Shown: positions 10,440-20,896 of the stretch, in pieces
How positions within the stretch are numbered: the stretch's first letter is position 1
Layout: each line of letters begins with the position of its first letter
From: an uncultured Acidobacteriota bacterium
Lineage (GTDB): Bacteria; Acidobacteriota; UBA6911
DNA: 64,000 nt
Reading direction: 5' to 3'
Assembly (NCBI GenBank): GCA_963809485.1
Contig: CAWEJX010000009.1
Coordinates: 32,001-96,000, forward strand
Notes under the pieces: model-generated
Databases searched by the model: none
What the model saw: the letters and a program-made list of their open reading frames with translations, nothing else
Told to the model about the DNA's origin: nothing
Program-made: the position numbers and the translations under genes

Positions 10440-10862
10440 TGGAAGATCTCCTCATGGTTGGTGCATCGTCTGCGTAGGCGAGCCTGACAGTGCAGCCGGG
10501 CGTGTCATGCTATTTGCTTTTGTCGGTCGGATGATTCTAACATTCTCCGCTTGCCCCCGGACAAACGTTTTACCCCAATGCAGTCAGTCCGGATCTATCA
10601 CGGGTTTTCCGCCGGCACCCCCCATCCCGGCATTTACCGTCATGTTGCGGACCTCAAGCCGCAGACCGCCATGTGCCACCTGGGGCCTGAAATGATAGGA
10701 TTCGTAACTCCCCCGCCGCGTGTTTCCCTGAGGCATGAGAGCTATCTCCATGCGCCGATTCGCTTCAATCCGAATTTGCACTGGCTTTGGGCGCGCATTG
10801 AGTGGAAAATCTGCTTTCCTTTGAACGCCGTCACCGGAAGGCCAGACCGGAGAATCGATATT

Positions 10863-11786
10863 ATGCATTATGCTCTGATACAGGACGTCTTCGTCAACAA
10901 TCTCCTCCCCGTCCTCCTGTGTGCCGCGGCCGGATTCGTGTTGGGCCGGACTTTGCATCCTGACATCAAGACGGCGTCCTGGATGGCCTTCTACATCTTC
11001 AGCCCATGCCTGGTCTTCGTGTCTCTGGTGCAGGTGAAAACATCCGGAGCCGAGTTTGCCGGGCTCGCGCTTTTTACCCTTGCGGTGAGCATCATTATCG
11101 GGGGATTGGCTTATCTGACCGGCCGATCCCTGAGAGCCGACCGGCACCTGATCGCCAGCATGGTGGTGGCGTCCATGTTCGTCAACAGCGGGAACTATGG
11201 CCTTGCGGCAACCAAGTTCGCCTTTGGCGAGGAAGCATTGGCAAAAGCTTTGGTTTGCTTCGTCTTCGGAACAGTAGTCGTATACACGCTGGGGGTATTG
11301 GTTGCCTCGATGGGAAAGCTCTCGGCGGGCCAGGCGGTGCGCCGCTTGCTGATGGTTCCCGCCATCTACGGCCTGGTTGCGGCTGGATTAGTCCGCCAGA
11401 TGGATTGGCAAATGCCTTTGTTCCTGGATCGATCGGTTTCCCTGCTCGGCGACGCATCCATCCCGCTCATGCTGGTCCTTTTGGGGCTTCAGATTGCGGA
11501 AGCCCGGGTATGGCCCCGGGACAGGATGGTGCTGATCGGGGCTTCGGCATTCCTGCAGCTTGTCGTGACCCCATTCATTGCGCTGCTTGTAGCGCACTGG
11601 CTGGGATTAGCGGGAACGGCGCGCCAGGCCGGTGTCCTGCAGGCATCCATGCCCGCGGCGGTTGTAACCACCGTCCTTGCCGTTCAGTATGACCTGGATC
11701 AAAGGCTCGTAAGCGGCGTCGTCGTCCTGACAACGATCCTGAGCCCGCTGACGCTGACTCCGCTGATTGCCTATCTGCTTAGCTGA
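10863..11786 (+). CDS. AEC (auxin efflux carrier) family transporter
   Basis: FYIFSPCLVF, NSGNYG, IPLMLVLLG, ASMPAAV; about 10 TM segments. Confidence 0.88.
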   Translation: MHYALIQDVFVNNLLPVLLCAAAGFVLGRTLHPDIKTASWMAFYIFSPCLVFVSLVQVKTSGAEFAGLALFTLAVSIIIGGLAYLTGRSLRADRHLIASMVVASMFVNSGNYGLAATKFAFGEEALAKALVCFVFGTVVVYTLGVLVASMGKLSAGQAVRRLLMVPAIYGLVAAGLVRQMDWQMPLFLDRSVSLLGDASIPLMLVLLGLQIAEARVWPRDRMVLIGASAFLQLVVTPFIALLVAHWLGLAGTARQAGVLQASMPAAVVTTVLAVQYDLDQRLVSGVVVLTTILSPLTLTPLIAYLLS

Positions 11787-12297
11787 TCCGCGGCTTCATG
11801 AGCTCCATGATTATGGGTCACCGACCCTCATTCTGATTTTTTTATCAGCATTCATCAGCGCTTATGTCAGCGTAGGTCAGCGTTACCGGATCAGGGAGCC
11901 TTCCTGTCCTCTACCGGAGCAATGGCTGCATTTTGATGCAGTCATTATCTTATCGCTCCATTCCGGTCGTGATTCCTCGCAGCAGATGGACAGAGTCCTT
12001 ATCTACGGCTTCTTTGCGTTTTGCAAAGAAGTTTTTCTTCCCTTTTGGAATCAAGCACTTTTGCGCTTCCATTTGGAAGCTGAACGCTGAAAGCTGATAG
12101 CGCGCGGCCATCGCCAATGTCGGATATTTTGGCTGCGGCCCCGGGCAGCGCCAGGCTGAAATCTCCCGGAAAAGACATCCAATTTGCACGCTTGTTTAAA
12201 CGCTGCAAAAAATTGAACGTCGCTATATGGTATTTTTCTGTTACACTTAAGGTTTGGAAGGCCGATTTGTCGGCAGAAGCGTTAATAGGCGGCGATT

Positions 12298-13842
12298 ATG
12301 ACCTTTATGCAGAGGATCGTGGATTTCTTTACACGGAAATCAACCGTCTCAAAAGGCGGCGGCGAGCAGGCCATCATCAAGCAGAGGGCCGGCGGCAAAC
12401 TGACCGCACGGGAGCGGATCGCTGCTCTGCTGGATGAGGGTTCCTTCCATGAGTACGACCTGTTCGTCGAACACAACTGTCAGGATTTCGGCATGGACGG
12501 CAAGGAGCTTGCCGCTGACGGTGTCATTACCGGCTCGGGAACTATCGACGGCCGCCCGATCTGCATCTATGCGCAGGACTTCACCGTGGCCGGCGGTTCC
12601 CTTGGCCTGATGCACGCCCGCAAAATCACCAAGGTGCTGGATCACGCAATAAAGATGGGCATCCCCATTATCGGCATCAACGACTCCGGGGGCGCACGGA
12701 TCCAGGAAGGCGTCAACTCGCTGGCCGGCTACGGCGAGATTTTCTACCGCAACACCCTGGCTTCCGGCGTCGTACCCCAGATCTCCGTAGTTCTCGGGCC
12801 ATGCGCCGGCGGTGCCGTCTATTCACCGGCGCTGACCGACTTCGTTTTCGTCGTGAATCAAATTTCCAAAATGTTCATCACCGGGCCGGAAGTCGTCAAG
12901 ACGGTGCTCGGCGAGGAAATCTCGATGGAAGAGCTCGGCGGGGCGCGTGTCCAGGCCGAGACGGCGGGCAATGCCCACTTTTTTGCCAACAGCGAGCAAG
13001 AGTGCTTTGAACAGATCCGCAAACTGATCAGCTTCCTGCCCGACAGCAACAGGCAGAAGGCAGGGACCATCGAGCCGAAGAAGCCCAAGCCGTCCTACAG
13101 GATAGAGCACCTGATTCCCAAGGACTCCAAAATCCCGTTCGACGTGCGCGACATTGTGCGCGCGTTGGTCGACGACTCGGAGTTTTTCGAGGTTCAGGAA
13201 CTGTTCGCCACCAATGCGGTTATCGGCTTCAGCCGGATCAACGGGGAAACCGTCGGCATCATCGGCAACCAGGCAATGGTGCTCGCCGGGGTTCTGGATA
13301 TCGACGCCTCAGACAAAATCGCCCGCTTCGTCCGGTTCTGCGACAGTTTCAACATTCCTCTGGTCACCCTGGTCGACATCCCCGGCTATCTCCCGGGCTC
13401 CGACCAGGAACATAACGGCGTAATCCGCCACGGCGCCAAGGTTCTTTATGCCTACAGCGAAGCGACCGTGCCGAAGATTACGGTGATTTTGCGCAAGGCA
13501 TACGGCGGCGGTTACATCGCCATGTGCTCCCTTCACCTTCGAGCCGACTTCGTCTTCGCATGGCCCACGGCCGAAATTGCCGTAATGGGGCCCGAAGGAG
13601 CCGCAAACATCATCTTCCGCAACGAAATCATGTCGGCGGAAAATCCCGAGGAAATGCGCAAAATCAAGGTCAAAGAATACACCGACAAGTTCGCCAATCC
13701 CTATGTCGCGGCTTCCAGCGGTTATGTGGATGCGGTCATCACCCCGGAAGAGACACGCGCCTATGTTGCCCATGCACTGAAAATAGCACACAATAAAGGC
13801 GTATCGCTGCCGGCCAGGAAACATGGCATCCCGCCGTTCTAA
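12298..13842 (+). CDS. Acyl-CoA carboxylase beta / methylmalonyl-CoA decarboxylase alpha (carboxyltransferase)
   Basis: GKLTARERI, DFTVAGGSLG, DSGGARIQEG, GPCAGGAVYSPA, RKAYGG, KHGIPPF. Confidence 0.95.
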   Translation: MTFMQRIVDFFTRKSTVSKGGGEQAIIKQRAGGKLTARERIAALLDEGSFHEYDLFVEHNCQDFGMDGKELAADGVITGSGTIDGRPICIYAQDFTVAGGSLGLMHARKITKVLDHAIKMGIPIIGINDSGGARIQEGVNSLAGYGEIFYRNTLASGVVPQISVVLGPCAGGAVYSPALTDFVFVVNQISKMFITGPEVVKTVLGEEISMEELGGARVQAETAGNAHFFANSEQECFEQIRKLISFLPDSNRQKAGTIEPKKPKPSYRIEHLIPKDSKIPFDVRDIVRALVDDSEFFEVQELFATNAVIGFSRINGETVGIIGNQAMVLAGVLDIDASDKIARFVRFCDSFNIPLVTLVDIPGYLPGSDQEHNGVIRHGAKVLYAYSEATVPKITVILRKAYGGGYIAMCSLHLRADFVFAWPTAEIAVMGPEGAANIIFRNEIMSAENPEEMRKIKVKEYTDKFANPYVAASSGYVDAVITPEETRAYVAHALKIAHNKGVSLPARKHGIPPF

Positions 13843-13863
13843 GTTTTAGACAGGAGACCCACG

Positions 13864-14181
13864 GTGAGCGAGCAGGAAAAATTCGACCGGATCGAACTGG
13901 AAAACGGTGTCTTCGAAACGCGGCTGACCAAAAAGTTTGCCCTTCGCAAACCCTATGAGAGAATGGATCCGCGCGTCATCAAGGCGGTTATTCCCGGCGT
14001 CGTGGCCGAAATCGATACCAGGGTCGGAAAAACGGTCAGGCAGGGCGACACAATGATGATCCTCGAGGCCATGAAAATGCTCAACAGGATCAAGGCGCCG
14101 CAGGATGGAACCGTCAAAGTCATCCGCGTAGCTGCGGGCGAAAAGGTGGCCAAAGGCCAGGTTCTAATGGAACTTGAATAG
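13864..14181 (+). CDS. Biotin carboxyl carrier protein
   Basis: EAMKM biotinylation motif; GTG start with RBS AGGAG. Confidence 0.92.
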   Translation: MSEQEKFDRIELENGVFETRLTKKFALRKPYERMDPRVIKAVIPGVVAEIDTRVGKTVRQGDTMMILEAMKMLNRIKAPQDGTVKVIRVAAGEKVAKGQVLMELE

Positions 14182-14259
14182 TCCTCCGGACGCCCAAAAC
14201 CGAGCCGCAATAAGCGGCTCATCCAATCTATCGCGCAGCTTCCCGCCTGGATTTTTTTG

Positions 14260-15630
14260 TCAGCGTTCCCCGGCGCATTCTTCAGCGTGCGTCCGCGCTA
14301 CCAGGGCGCGAACCTTTTTCCTGATCCGGGAGCCCAGAAGAATTCCCGCGACCACCAGCCCGGCCAGGAAACCATACCAGATGCCTTCCGCTCCCATTTT
14401 AAGGGTGAAAGCACAAAAGTAGCTGACAGACAGGCCGACAACCAGGTACGAGAATCCCGCAATGGCCATGGGGGCTCTGACATCGGCAAATCCGCGCAAT
14501 ATGCCCAGGCAGACCACCTGGAGACCGTCGAACAACTGGAACAATGCGGCGATCACCAGTAGCGAAGCCGACATATGAATCACGCGCGCATCATTCGTGA
14601 AAATATGGGGCAACTGATGACGGAATATCAGGAATCCCAAACCGCAGAGTCCCATATAGGTCAGCACCAGGTGCATGGCTGAAAAGGAAATCCGCTCCAT
14701 ACTCTCGAAATTGCGTGTCCCCAATTGAAAGCTCACGCGGATAGTCGTTGCCATGGCCACTCCGTTGGCAACCATGAAGGTGAAGCTGGCCAGTCCCATG
14801 GCCACCTGATGCGACGCGAGGGGAACGTCGCCCAGCCAGCCCATCATCACGGCGCTGAGAGTAAAAGCTGAGACCTCCAGCACCAGTTGCCCCGAGATGG
14901 GCAGCCCCACGCTGAAAATCTTCCGGATCTGATTCGAGGAAGCCTGAACGGTGCGCATCAATACGAAATAATGCCTGATGGACCCGAGGTGCATGAATCC
15001 GGCATATAGCAGCAACGGCATGGCGATTCGCGAGATGAGCGTTGCATATCCGGCTCCCAGCAAGCCCAGTTTCGGAAAACCCATTTTCCCGAATATCAGT
15101 ATATAGTTCAGAACAACATTGAGCAGGTTCGACAGGATTGTGGCCACCATGGCCATAAGCGTATTGCCCAATCCCTCGCCGATCTGCTTCAACAGCGCAA
15201 AAAAAAGAAATGGGATAATGGACACGACAAGGGTGAGGTAATAGGGGATCGCCAGACGGGCCACCTCCTCAGGTTGACCCATGTGAGGCATGAGCCAGAC
15301 CAGCGACCACGAAACGAGCGTGATGACCGGAAGCAGCAATGCCGACAGGGCAAAACCGCTTTTCATGACAGTGGCCACCAGCTGATCGTCGTTGGCGCCG
15401 CGGGCGTGTGCGGTCAGGGGAGTTACACCCAGGAAGAGGCCCAATCCGAACAGCATGATCACGATATAGACGCTGTTGGCAAACGATGCGGCCGCCAGCT
15501 CCGCTGTCCCGACACGGCCGACCATGGCATTGTCGACCAGCTGCACGGTCATTTGCCCCGCCTGGGTCAACACCAAAGGGATCGCCAGATTCAGGAGCCG
15601 AATGTAATGGGGTATGTATTTATGAACCAT
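14260..15630 (-). CDS. MATE family efflux transporter (NorM-like)
   Basis: DNAMVGRVG, NYILIFGKMGFPKLGLLGAG, FQLFDGLQ. Confidence 0.93.
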   Translation of the reverse strand: MVHKYIPHYIRLLNLAIPLVLTQAGQMTVQLVDNAMVGRVGTAELAAASFANSVYIVIMLFGLGLFLGVTPLTAHARGANDDQLVATVMKSGFALSALLLPVITLVSWSLVWLMPHMGQPEEVARLAIPYYLTLVVSIIPFLFFALLKQIGEGLGNTLMAMVATILSNLLNVVLNYILIFGKMGFPKLGLLGAGYATLISRIAMPLLLYAGFMHLGSIRHYFVLMRTVQASSNQIRKIFSVGLPISGQLVLEVSAFTLSAVMMGWLGDVPLASHQVAMGLASFTFMVANGVAMATTIRVSFQLGTRNFESMERISFSAMHLVLTYMGLCGLGFLIFRHQLPHIFTNDARVIHMSASLLVIAALFQLFDGLQVVCLGILRGFADVRAPMAIAGFSYLVVGLSVSYFCAFTLKMGAEGIWYGFLAGLVVAGILLGSRIRKKVRALVARTHAEECAGER

Positions 15631-16021
15631 AAGAGGCCAGGCTTCGGAGCGTCACCCGGAGCAAATGAAACATTTCAACAATCCTTGAGGCCGGAGGCTC
15701 GATTGCGAACCGCCCACACCATGCCGATGATCGGCACCGGCCTGAACCGCTGACAGTCGATTGCGGCAGCCGATGAATTTCGCCTCGAGGTTCATCTTTC
15801 GTCAGCGCCTCGATCTGCGCAAGTCGGCATTCGTTGATCCTGAAACTGTCAGACTCCGCAAATCCCGCGGCAAAGTCAGGCAATTTCCGATGCATTTATC
15901 TAACGGATCCCCGAATGTGTCACGGGAAAAAAATTGTCCCGCGGCAAACCGGCCACTCGATCCCGCTTTGTCCTTGACTCGCCCCTTTTTTCATACAAAA
16001 TCAAGCAAAGGGAGAAAATAC

Positions 16022-17893
16022 ATGTATTCCGGTGGCTATGCAGGCAAAATACTCAGGATTAACCTGACCAACAAAACGTCGAAAGAGGAGCCGCTGCAGG
16101 AACAATTGGCCCGGGACTTCATTGGCGGCGCCGGTTTTGCCATTAAATATCTCTTCGACGAGGTAAAAGCCGGGACCGACCCTCTCTGTCCCGACAACAA
16201 ACTCATCTTCGCCTGCGGTCCTTTCACGGGGGCCGGGGTGCCTTGCTCGAGCAGGATGTCGGTTGCGGGAAAGTCGCCCCTCACCGGCGCTGTCGGCCTG
16301 GCCTTGTCCGGCGGACACTTCCCCGTCGAAATGAAATATGCCGGGTGGGACGTAATCATTATAGAAGGCAAGGCGGACAAACCCACCTATGTGGCGATTA
16401 CGGGGAATGCCGTAAGGTTCCGTGACGCTGCCCGAAGCTGGGGAACCCTCACCTTTGACTGCCAGCAAATCATCAAGGATGAGCTGCAGGACCAGAACGT
16501 GCGGGTCTGCTGCATCGGTCCCGCCGGCGAGCGCTTGTGCCGAATCGCCGGCATCATCAACGAACGCCGGGCGCTCGGCCGCAAGGGTTTGGGCGCCGTC
16601 ATGGGATCCAAGAACCTGAAGGCCATCGCTGTCCGGGGAGTGGAACCCATTCCTATCGCTTCGGAGGAAAAGTACAGGAAGTCCCGCGCCGCCCTGCTCA
16701 AGGCCTTCAAAGAGAGCCCTGTCCTCTATCCCGAATTCGCGCAGCATGGCACCCCTATGGTGGTGGAAGTGACAAGCGCCATGGGCATCCTGCCCGCGAA
16801 GAACTGGACGGCAACGGGCCAGTTCGTTCCCGAGGGGCTCGGTCTTGAATCGCAAACGACGCGGAAGATCGGCAAGGAACACTGTCATGACTGTCCGGTC
16901 GGCTGCAGCCAGATGAAAATGGCAAAGAGAGGCGATTACGCCGGCATCCTTTCGGAAGGCCCGGACTTCGAAACGGTTTACGCTTTCGGAAGCAACAACG
17001 GCATCGACGATATCGATAGCGTCATCGCGGCCGACCGGCTCGCCGACGAACTGGGCCTCGATAGTGTTTCTTCGGGAGTCACTATCGGTTTTGCCATGGA
17101 GTGTTTTGAGAAGGGCATTCTCACGCTCAAGGACACGGACGGCATCGATTTGCGCTTCGGAAACGACGCAGCCATGATAAAAGTCCTGCGCAAGATGGCT
17201 TTCCGCGACGGCATCGGCGATCTCCTCGCAGACGGAAGCCTGGCTGCAGCGAAGAAAATCGGCAGGGGGACGGAAAAGTTCGCTATCCAGGTCAAGGGGC
17301 TCGAGCTCGCCGGATATGACGTACGGGGTGCAAAAGCCCACGGCCTGAACTATGCCACTGCCTATACCGGCGCGGACCATTGCAAAGGCTATGCCTTCCA
17401 GGAGATCTTCGGCTTGCCCGTACCCCATCAGGTAGACCGCCTTGCCATTGAGGGCAAGGGCAAGCTCACGATGTGGAATCAGGACATCCAGGCAGTCACC
17501 TGTGACTGCGCCCCCATGTGCAAATTCCTTCTCGATATGGCTATCCCGCAGATTGCCTGTCAGAACACGGCGGATCTCATGGAGGCGATTACGGGGCTGC
17601 CCTTTACTCCCGAAGAAGTGATGAAGGTGGGTGAAAGGCTCACGAACGTGGCGAAAGCCTTCAACGTCCGGGAGGGCTTCACGCGCGCCGATGATACTTT
17701 GCCGGAAAGGCTGATGACGGAACCTCTGAAAGCAGGCGCCTCCAAGGGACAGCTGATCAGCAGGAAAGACCTCGATACGATGCTTGATGAATACTATTCC
17801 GAGCGGGGATGGGATGTGAAAACAGGGATGCCCACACGCGCAAAGCTCGCAGAGCTGGGGCTGGGATATATCGCGGACGCGCTGAATTTATAG
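16022..17893 (+). CDS. Aldehyde ferredoxin oxidoreductase (W/Mo AOR family)
   Basis: GYAGKILRINL, KSPLTG, IGPAGE, GRKGLGAVMGSKNLKA, CHDCPVGC, DELGLD. Confidence 0.95.
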   Translation: MYSGGYAGKILRINLTNKTSKEEPLQEQLARDFIGGAGFAIKYLFDEVKAGTDPLCPDNKLIFACGPFTGAGVPCSSRMSVAGKSPLTGAVGLALSGGHFPVEMKYAGWDVIIIEGKADKPTYVAITGNAVRFRDAARSWGTLTFDCQQIIKDELQDQNVRVCCIGPAGERLCRIAGIINERRALGRKGLGAVMGSKNLKAIAVRGVEPIPIASEEKYRKSRAALLKAFKESPVLYPEFAQHGTPMVVEVTSAMGILPAKNWTATGQFVPEGLGLESQTTRKIGKEHCHDCPVGCSQMKMAKRGDYAGILSEGPDFETVYAFGSNNGIDDIDSVIAADRLADELGLDSVSSGVTIGFAMECFEKGILTLKDTDGIDLRFGNDAAMIKVLRKMAFRDGIGDLLADGSLAAAKKIGRGTEKFAIQVKGLELAGYDVRGAKAHGLNYATAYTGADHCKGYAFQEIFGLPVPHQVDRLAIEGKGKLTMWNQDIQAVTCDCAPMCKFLLDMAIPQIACQNTADLMEAITGLPFTPEEVMKVGERLTNVAKAFNVREGFTRADDTLPERLMTEPLKAGASKGQLISRKDLDTMLDEYYSERGWDVKTGMPTRAKLAELGLGYIADALNL

Positions 17894-17905
17894 GTTTGGA
17901 TCTTC

Positions 17906-18193
17906 ATGAAGATTACGCTCCAAACTGTTATGGGACTCAAGCAGGTCGTCGGCCAGAGGCTGATGGAGATTGACCTTCCCCAGGGATCGACGGTTGACGA
18001 CTTCGTTGCATTAATGAAAGAAAGGTGGGGGGACAAGCTCTCCCCTCATTTTATTGACCCCCACAGCGGCAGCGTTCATCCCCACGTGCGCATCATGGTC
18101 AACGGCCAGACGATTCAATTTCTCAAGGGAATGCAGACCATGCTGAATGACGGGGATGAGGTGGTGATCCTGCCGCTGGTCTCCGGCGGATAA
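17906..18193 (+). CDS. MoaD/ThiS ubiquitin-like sulfur carrier
   Basis: C-terminal VSGG, IMVNG; directly follows AOR. Confidence 0.9.
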   Translation: MKITLQTVMGLKQVVGQRLMEIDLPQGSTVDDFVALMKERWGDKLSPHFIDPHSGSVHPHVRIMVNGQTIQFLKGMQTMLNDGDEVVILPLVSGG

Positions 18194-18310
18194 ATCCAAA
18201 GCTCTGAAAAAGACGCCACGGATTGCGCGGAATCAAAAGAATAAATCCTGTGGAATTGGTGGTTTTTTGCATTTGCGCACCTGAAACTTGATTGGAGCGA
18301 ATTATTGGAT

Positions 18311-18748
18311 ATGGCAAATGTGGAATTGGTGGCTACCTACTCGACCCTGGCGGGATCGGCCTGTCCTCACTCGGCTCAGGAATACAGCTCTTTTGATTTC
18401 AAGGACAGGGTGGAGGCTGCGGCCAAAGCCGGATTCAAAGGCTTCGGCATCAAGGAGGTCGACCTCGCGCACATACTCGAGAGCCGCAGTCTTAAAGAGA
18501 TGAAGCGGATTCTCGACGATAATGGCATGAAGCATGTCGAACTGGAATTCATCACCGACTGGTTCATGGACGGCGAAGGGGAATTCGATGTAAAGGGTTT
18601 CATTGATTGCATGCTGAAGGCCGGCTATCAAGGGCCCTGGGGAATTGAAGTCCTGAGCCAGGACATCCGGTCCTTGCCCCTGGATGTGCTGGCGACGCGT
18701 GCATTCAACACGACTATGGCCCAGTTCCCGGGCGTCGAAAGGAGATGA
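18311..18748 (+). pseudogene. Sugar-phosphate isomerase/epimerase (xylose-isomerase-like TIM barrel) with apparent in-frame internal deletion
   Basis: N-terminal RVEAAAKAGFKGFG..VELEF joined directly to C-terminal GEGEFD..AGYQGPWGIEVLS; about half the normal family length. Confidence 0.65.
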
Positions 18749-18752
18749 TGTC

Positions 18753-19718
18753 TTGGACCTCAGCCCAAAAACACTGATCGACCTCTATACGACCATGCTG
18801 AAAATCCGGCGTTTCGAGGAGCGGGTGGTCCGGGAGGTCTACGCCGGAAACGTCCCCGGCTTTGTGCATTCCTATATTGGCGAAGAAGCCATCGCCGCCG
18901 GAGTCTGCGTCCACCTGGGCAAAGAGGACCGCATCGTCAGCCATCACCGCGGCCACGGCCACTGCATCGCCAAAGGTGCGGACATAAAGAGGATGATGGC
19001 CGAAATCTATGGGAAAAAAACCGGATACTGCAAGGGCAAAGGCGGTTCCATGCATATAGCCGATTTCAGCATCGGCATGCTTGGAGCGGATGGCATCGTG
19101 GGAGCCGGGCTGCCCATCGCCACCGGCGCGGCTCTCGCAGCTCAGCTTGAAGGCAAAGGGAAAATTGCAGTCATCTTTTTTGGCGACGGGGCGTGCCAGG
19201 AAGGCGAATTTCACGAAGCGCTGAACCTGGCTTCCATCTGGAAACTGCCGTTGCTCTTCGTCTGTGAAAACAACCACTACGGGGTGAACACTTCCGCGCA
19301 GTATTCGCTGGGCGCCGGAGAGATCACACGGATGCCGGAAGCCTATCACATCGCCAGCAAAGCGATTTATGGGAATGATGTCGAGCTCGTCTACCGGACG
19401 GCAAAAGAGGCCATCTCAAGGTTGAGAGAAGGCAAAGGTCCCATTTTCCTGGAATGCCAAACCTACCGCTGGCATAAGCATTATCTTTCGGAGGCGCTGG
19501 AGGACTTGCGGCCCACAGAGGAGCTCGAGGCGTGGAAGAAAAAGTGCCCCGTGGCTGCTTTTGAACGCAGTCTGCTGGAACGGGGAGTTCTGACGCCTGC
19601 AAAGATCAAAGCCATCAACAGAAGGATCATGGCGCAGGTTGAGGAAGCGCACGACTTCGCCCTTGCAAGTCCCTATCCCCAACCGCAGGACGCCCTGGCA
19701 GATATTTATTCGCTGTGA
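18753..19718 (+). CDS. TPP-dependent dehydrogenase E1 alpha (acetoin/pyruvate type)
   Basis: PGFVHSYIGEEA, HRGHGH, GKGGSMH, GDGA..ENN; TTG start after AAAGGAG. Confidence 0.93.
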   Translation: MDLSPKTLIDLYTTMLKIRRFEERVVREVYAGNVPGFVHSYIGEEAIAAGVCVHLGKEDRIVSHHRGHGHCIAKGADIKRMMAEIYGKKTGYCKGKGGSMHIADFSIGMLGADGIVGAGLPIATGAALAAQLEGKGKIAVIFFGDGACQEGEFHEALNLASIWKLPLLFVCENNHYGVNTSAQYSLGAGEITRMPEAYHIASKAIYGNDVELVYRTAKEAISRLREGKGPIFLECQTYRWHKHYLSEALEDLRPTEELEAWKKKCPVAAFERSLLERGVLTPAKIKAINRRIMAQVEEAHDFALASPYPQPQDALADIYSL

Positions 19719-19734
19719 ATCGATGAGGCACGCA

Positions 19735-20688
19735 ATGCGAGAAATCACATACGAACAGGCGGCTAACGAAGCCATTGAGGAGGAATTCCGCAGAAACCCG
19801 CGAACGATCCATCTATCGACCGACCTGGCCGCCGATTTACAGAAAGAGTTCGGGGCGGATCGAATAAGGGTTACACCCATAGCAGAGAACAATTTCGTGG
19901 GAGCGGCGATCGGGCTGGCAGGTTCCGGCTTTCGTACGGTATGCAACCTGCGCATGGCCACTTTCGGTTTCGTGGCCATGGACCAGATGATGAATCATGC
20001 TGCCAAAATCACCTATATGTTCGGCGGCCAGGCCAAATTCCCTATTTTGATCCGGATGACCGTAGGCGCAGGTTTCTCCGGCGCCGCCGAGCACTCCATC
20101 AGCCCCTATTCCATGTTCATGAATGTGCCGGGGCTGAAAATCCTTCTGCCCACAACTCCCTACGATGTGAAGGGCCTGCTCAAGACCGCGCTGAGGGACA
20201 ATAATCCGGTGATCTCGTTCGAGAATTTCCTCATCGGCAAAGTCAAAGGCGAAGTGCCGGAAGACGAGTACCTGGTGCCGCTGGGTAAGGCCTGCGTGCG
20301 CAGGAAGGGCTCGGACGTGACCGTGGTGGCCCTGGCCAGAATGGTTTACGAGGCCCTGCAGGCTGCTGAAGAACTGTCGAAGGAAGGCATTTCGGTGGAA
20401 GTTGTCGATCCCAGAACGCTGGTCCCGCTGGACGGAGAAACAATCATCAAGTCCGTCAGGAAGACCGGACGCCTGGTGGTTGTGGATGAAGCCTGTCAGA
20501 CCTGCGGCGCTGCAGCGGAGATTATGGCTCTGGCAACGTCCGACAAAGGCGCTTTTAAAAAGCTGAAGTCTGCGCCGGCCAGAGTATGCGGGCTGGACAT
20601 CCCGATCCCCTTCAGCCCGCCAATGGAAAAATTCGCCATTCCGGACAAGGCAAAAGTCATCAAGGCCATCAGAGCGGCGCTGCGCTAG
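19735..20688 (+). CDS. TPP-dependent dehydrogenase E1 beta
   Basis: TPIAE, DQMMNHAAK, AEHS, VPGLKI, DPRTLVPLD, KTGRLVVVDE. Confidence 0.93.
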   Translation: MREITYEQAANEAIEEEFRRNPRTIHLSTDLAADLQKEFGADRIRVTPIAENNFVGAAIGLAGSGFRTVCNLRMATFGFVAMDQMMNHAAKITYMFGGQAKFPILIRMTVGAGFSGAAEHSISPYSMFMNVPGLKILLPTTPYDVKGLLKTALRDNNPVISFENFLIGKVKGEVPEDEYLVPLGKACVRRKGSDVTVVALARMVYEALQAAEELSKEGISVEVVDPRTLVPLDGETIIKSVRKTGRLVVVDEACQTCGAAAEIMALATSDKGAFKKLKSAPARVCGLDIPIPFSPPMEKFAIPDKAKVIKAIRAALR

Positions 20689-20896
20689 GAGCGGCTGCGG
20701 ATTTTGCGGCGTGGCCGGGTGGCCGCGATCCGATGGATGCCGGTTCGCAAAGCGTCCGCGCCGTGACCTGGGAAAAAAAATTGGTCCGAAAATGGCGGGA
20801 AGCCGCATTTGTGTGCCACAGAAATCCTTTTTGCCGAAGTGGACGAACGGCAGAAGACCGATCCCAATCCCTGTCAAAAAAAGGAGAAGAGGACTT

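Noticed and set aside
10551-10862. N-terminal extensions in the ORF track (also 15761, 20711, 26082, 38380, 59830)
   Set aside because: Family similarity, usually with an RBS, begins at downstream start codons
16001-17428. Long antisense ORFs (also 19837-20904, 26661-27962, 33704-35041, 42086-43369, 52361-53527, 57292-59431)
   Set aside because: Shadows of well-supported genes on the opposite strand in GC-rich DNA; no recognisable motifs
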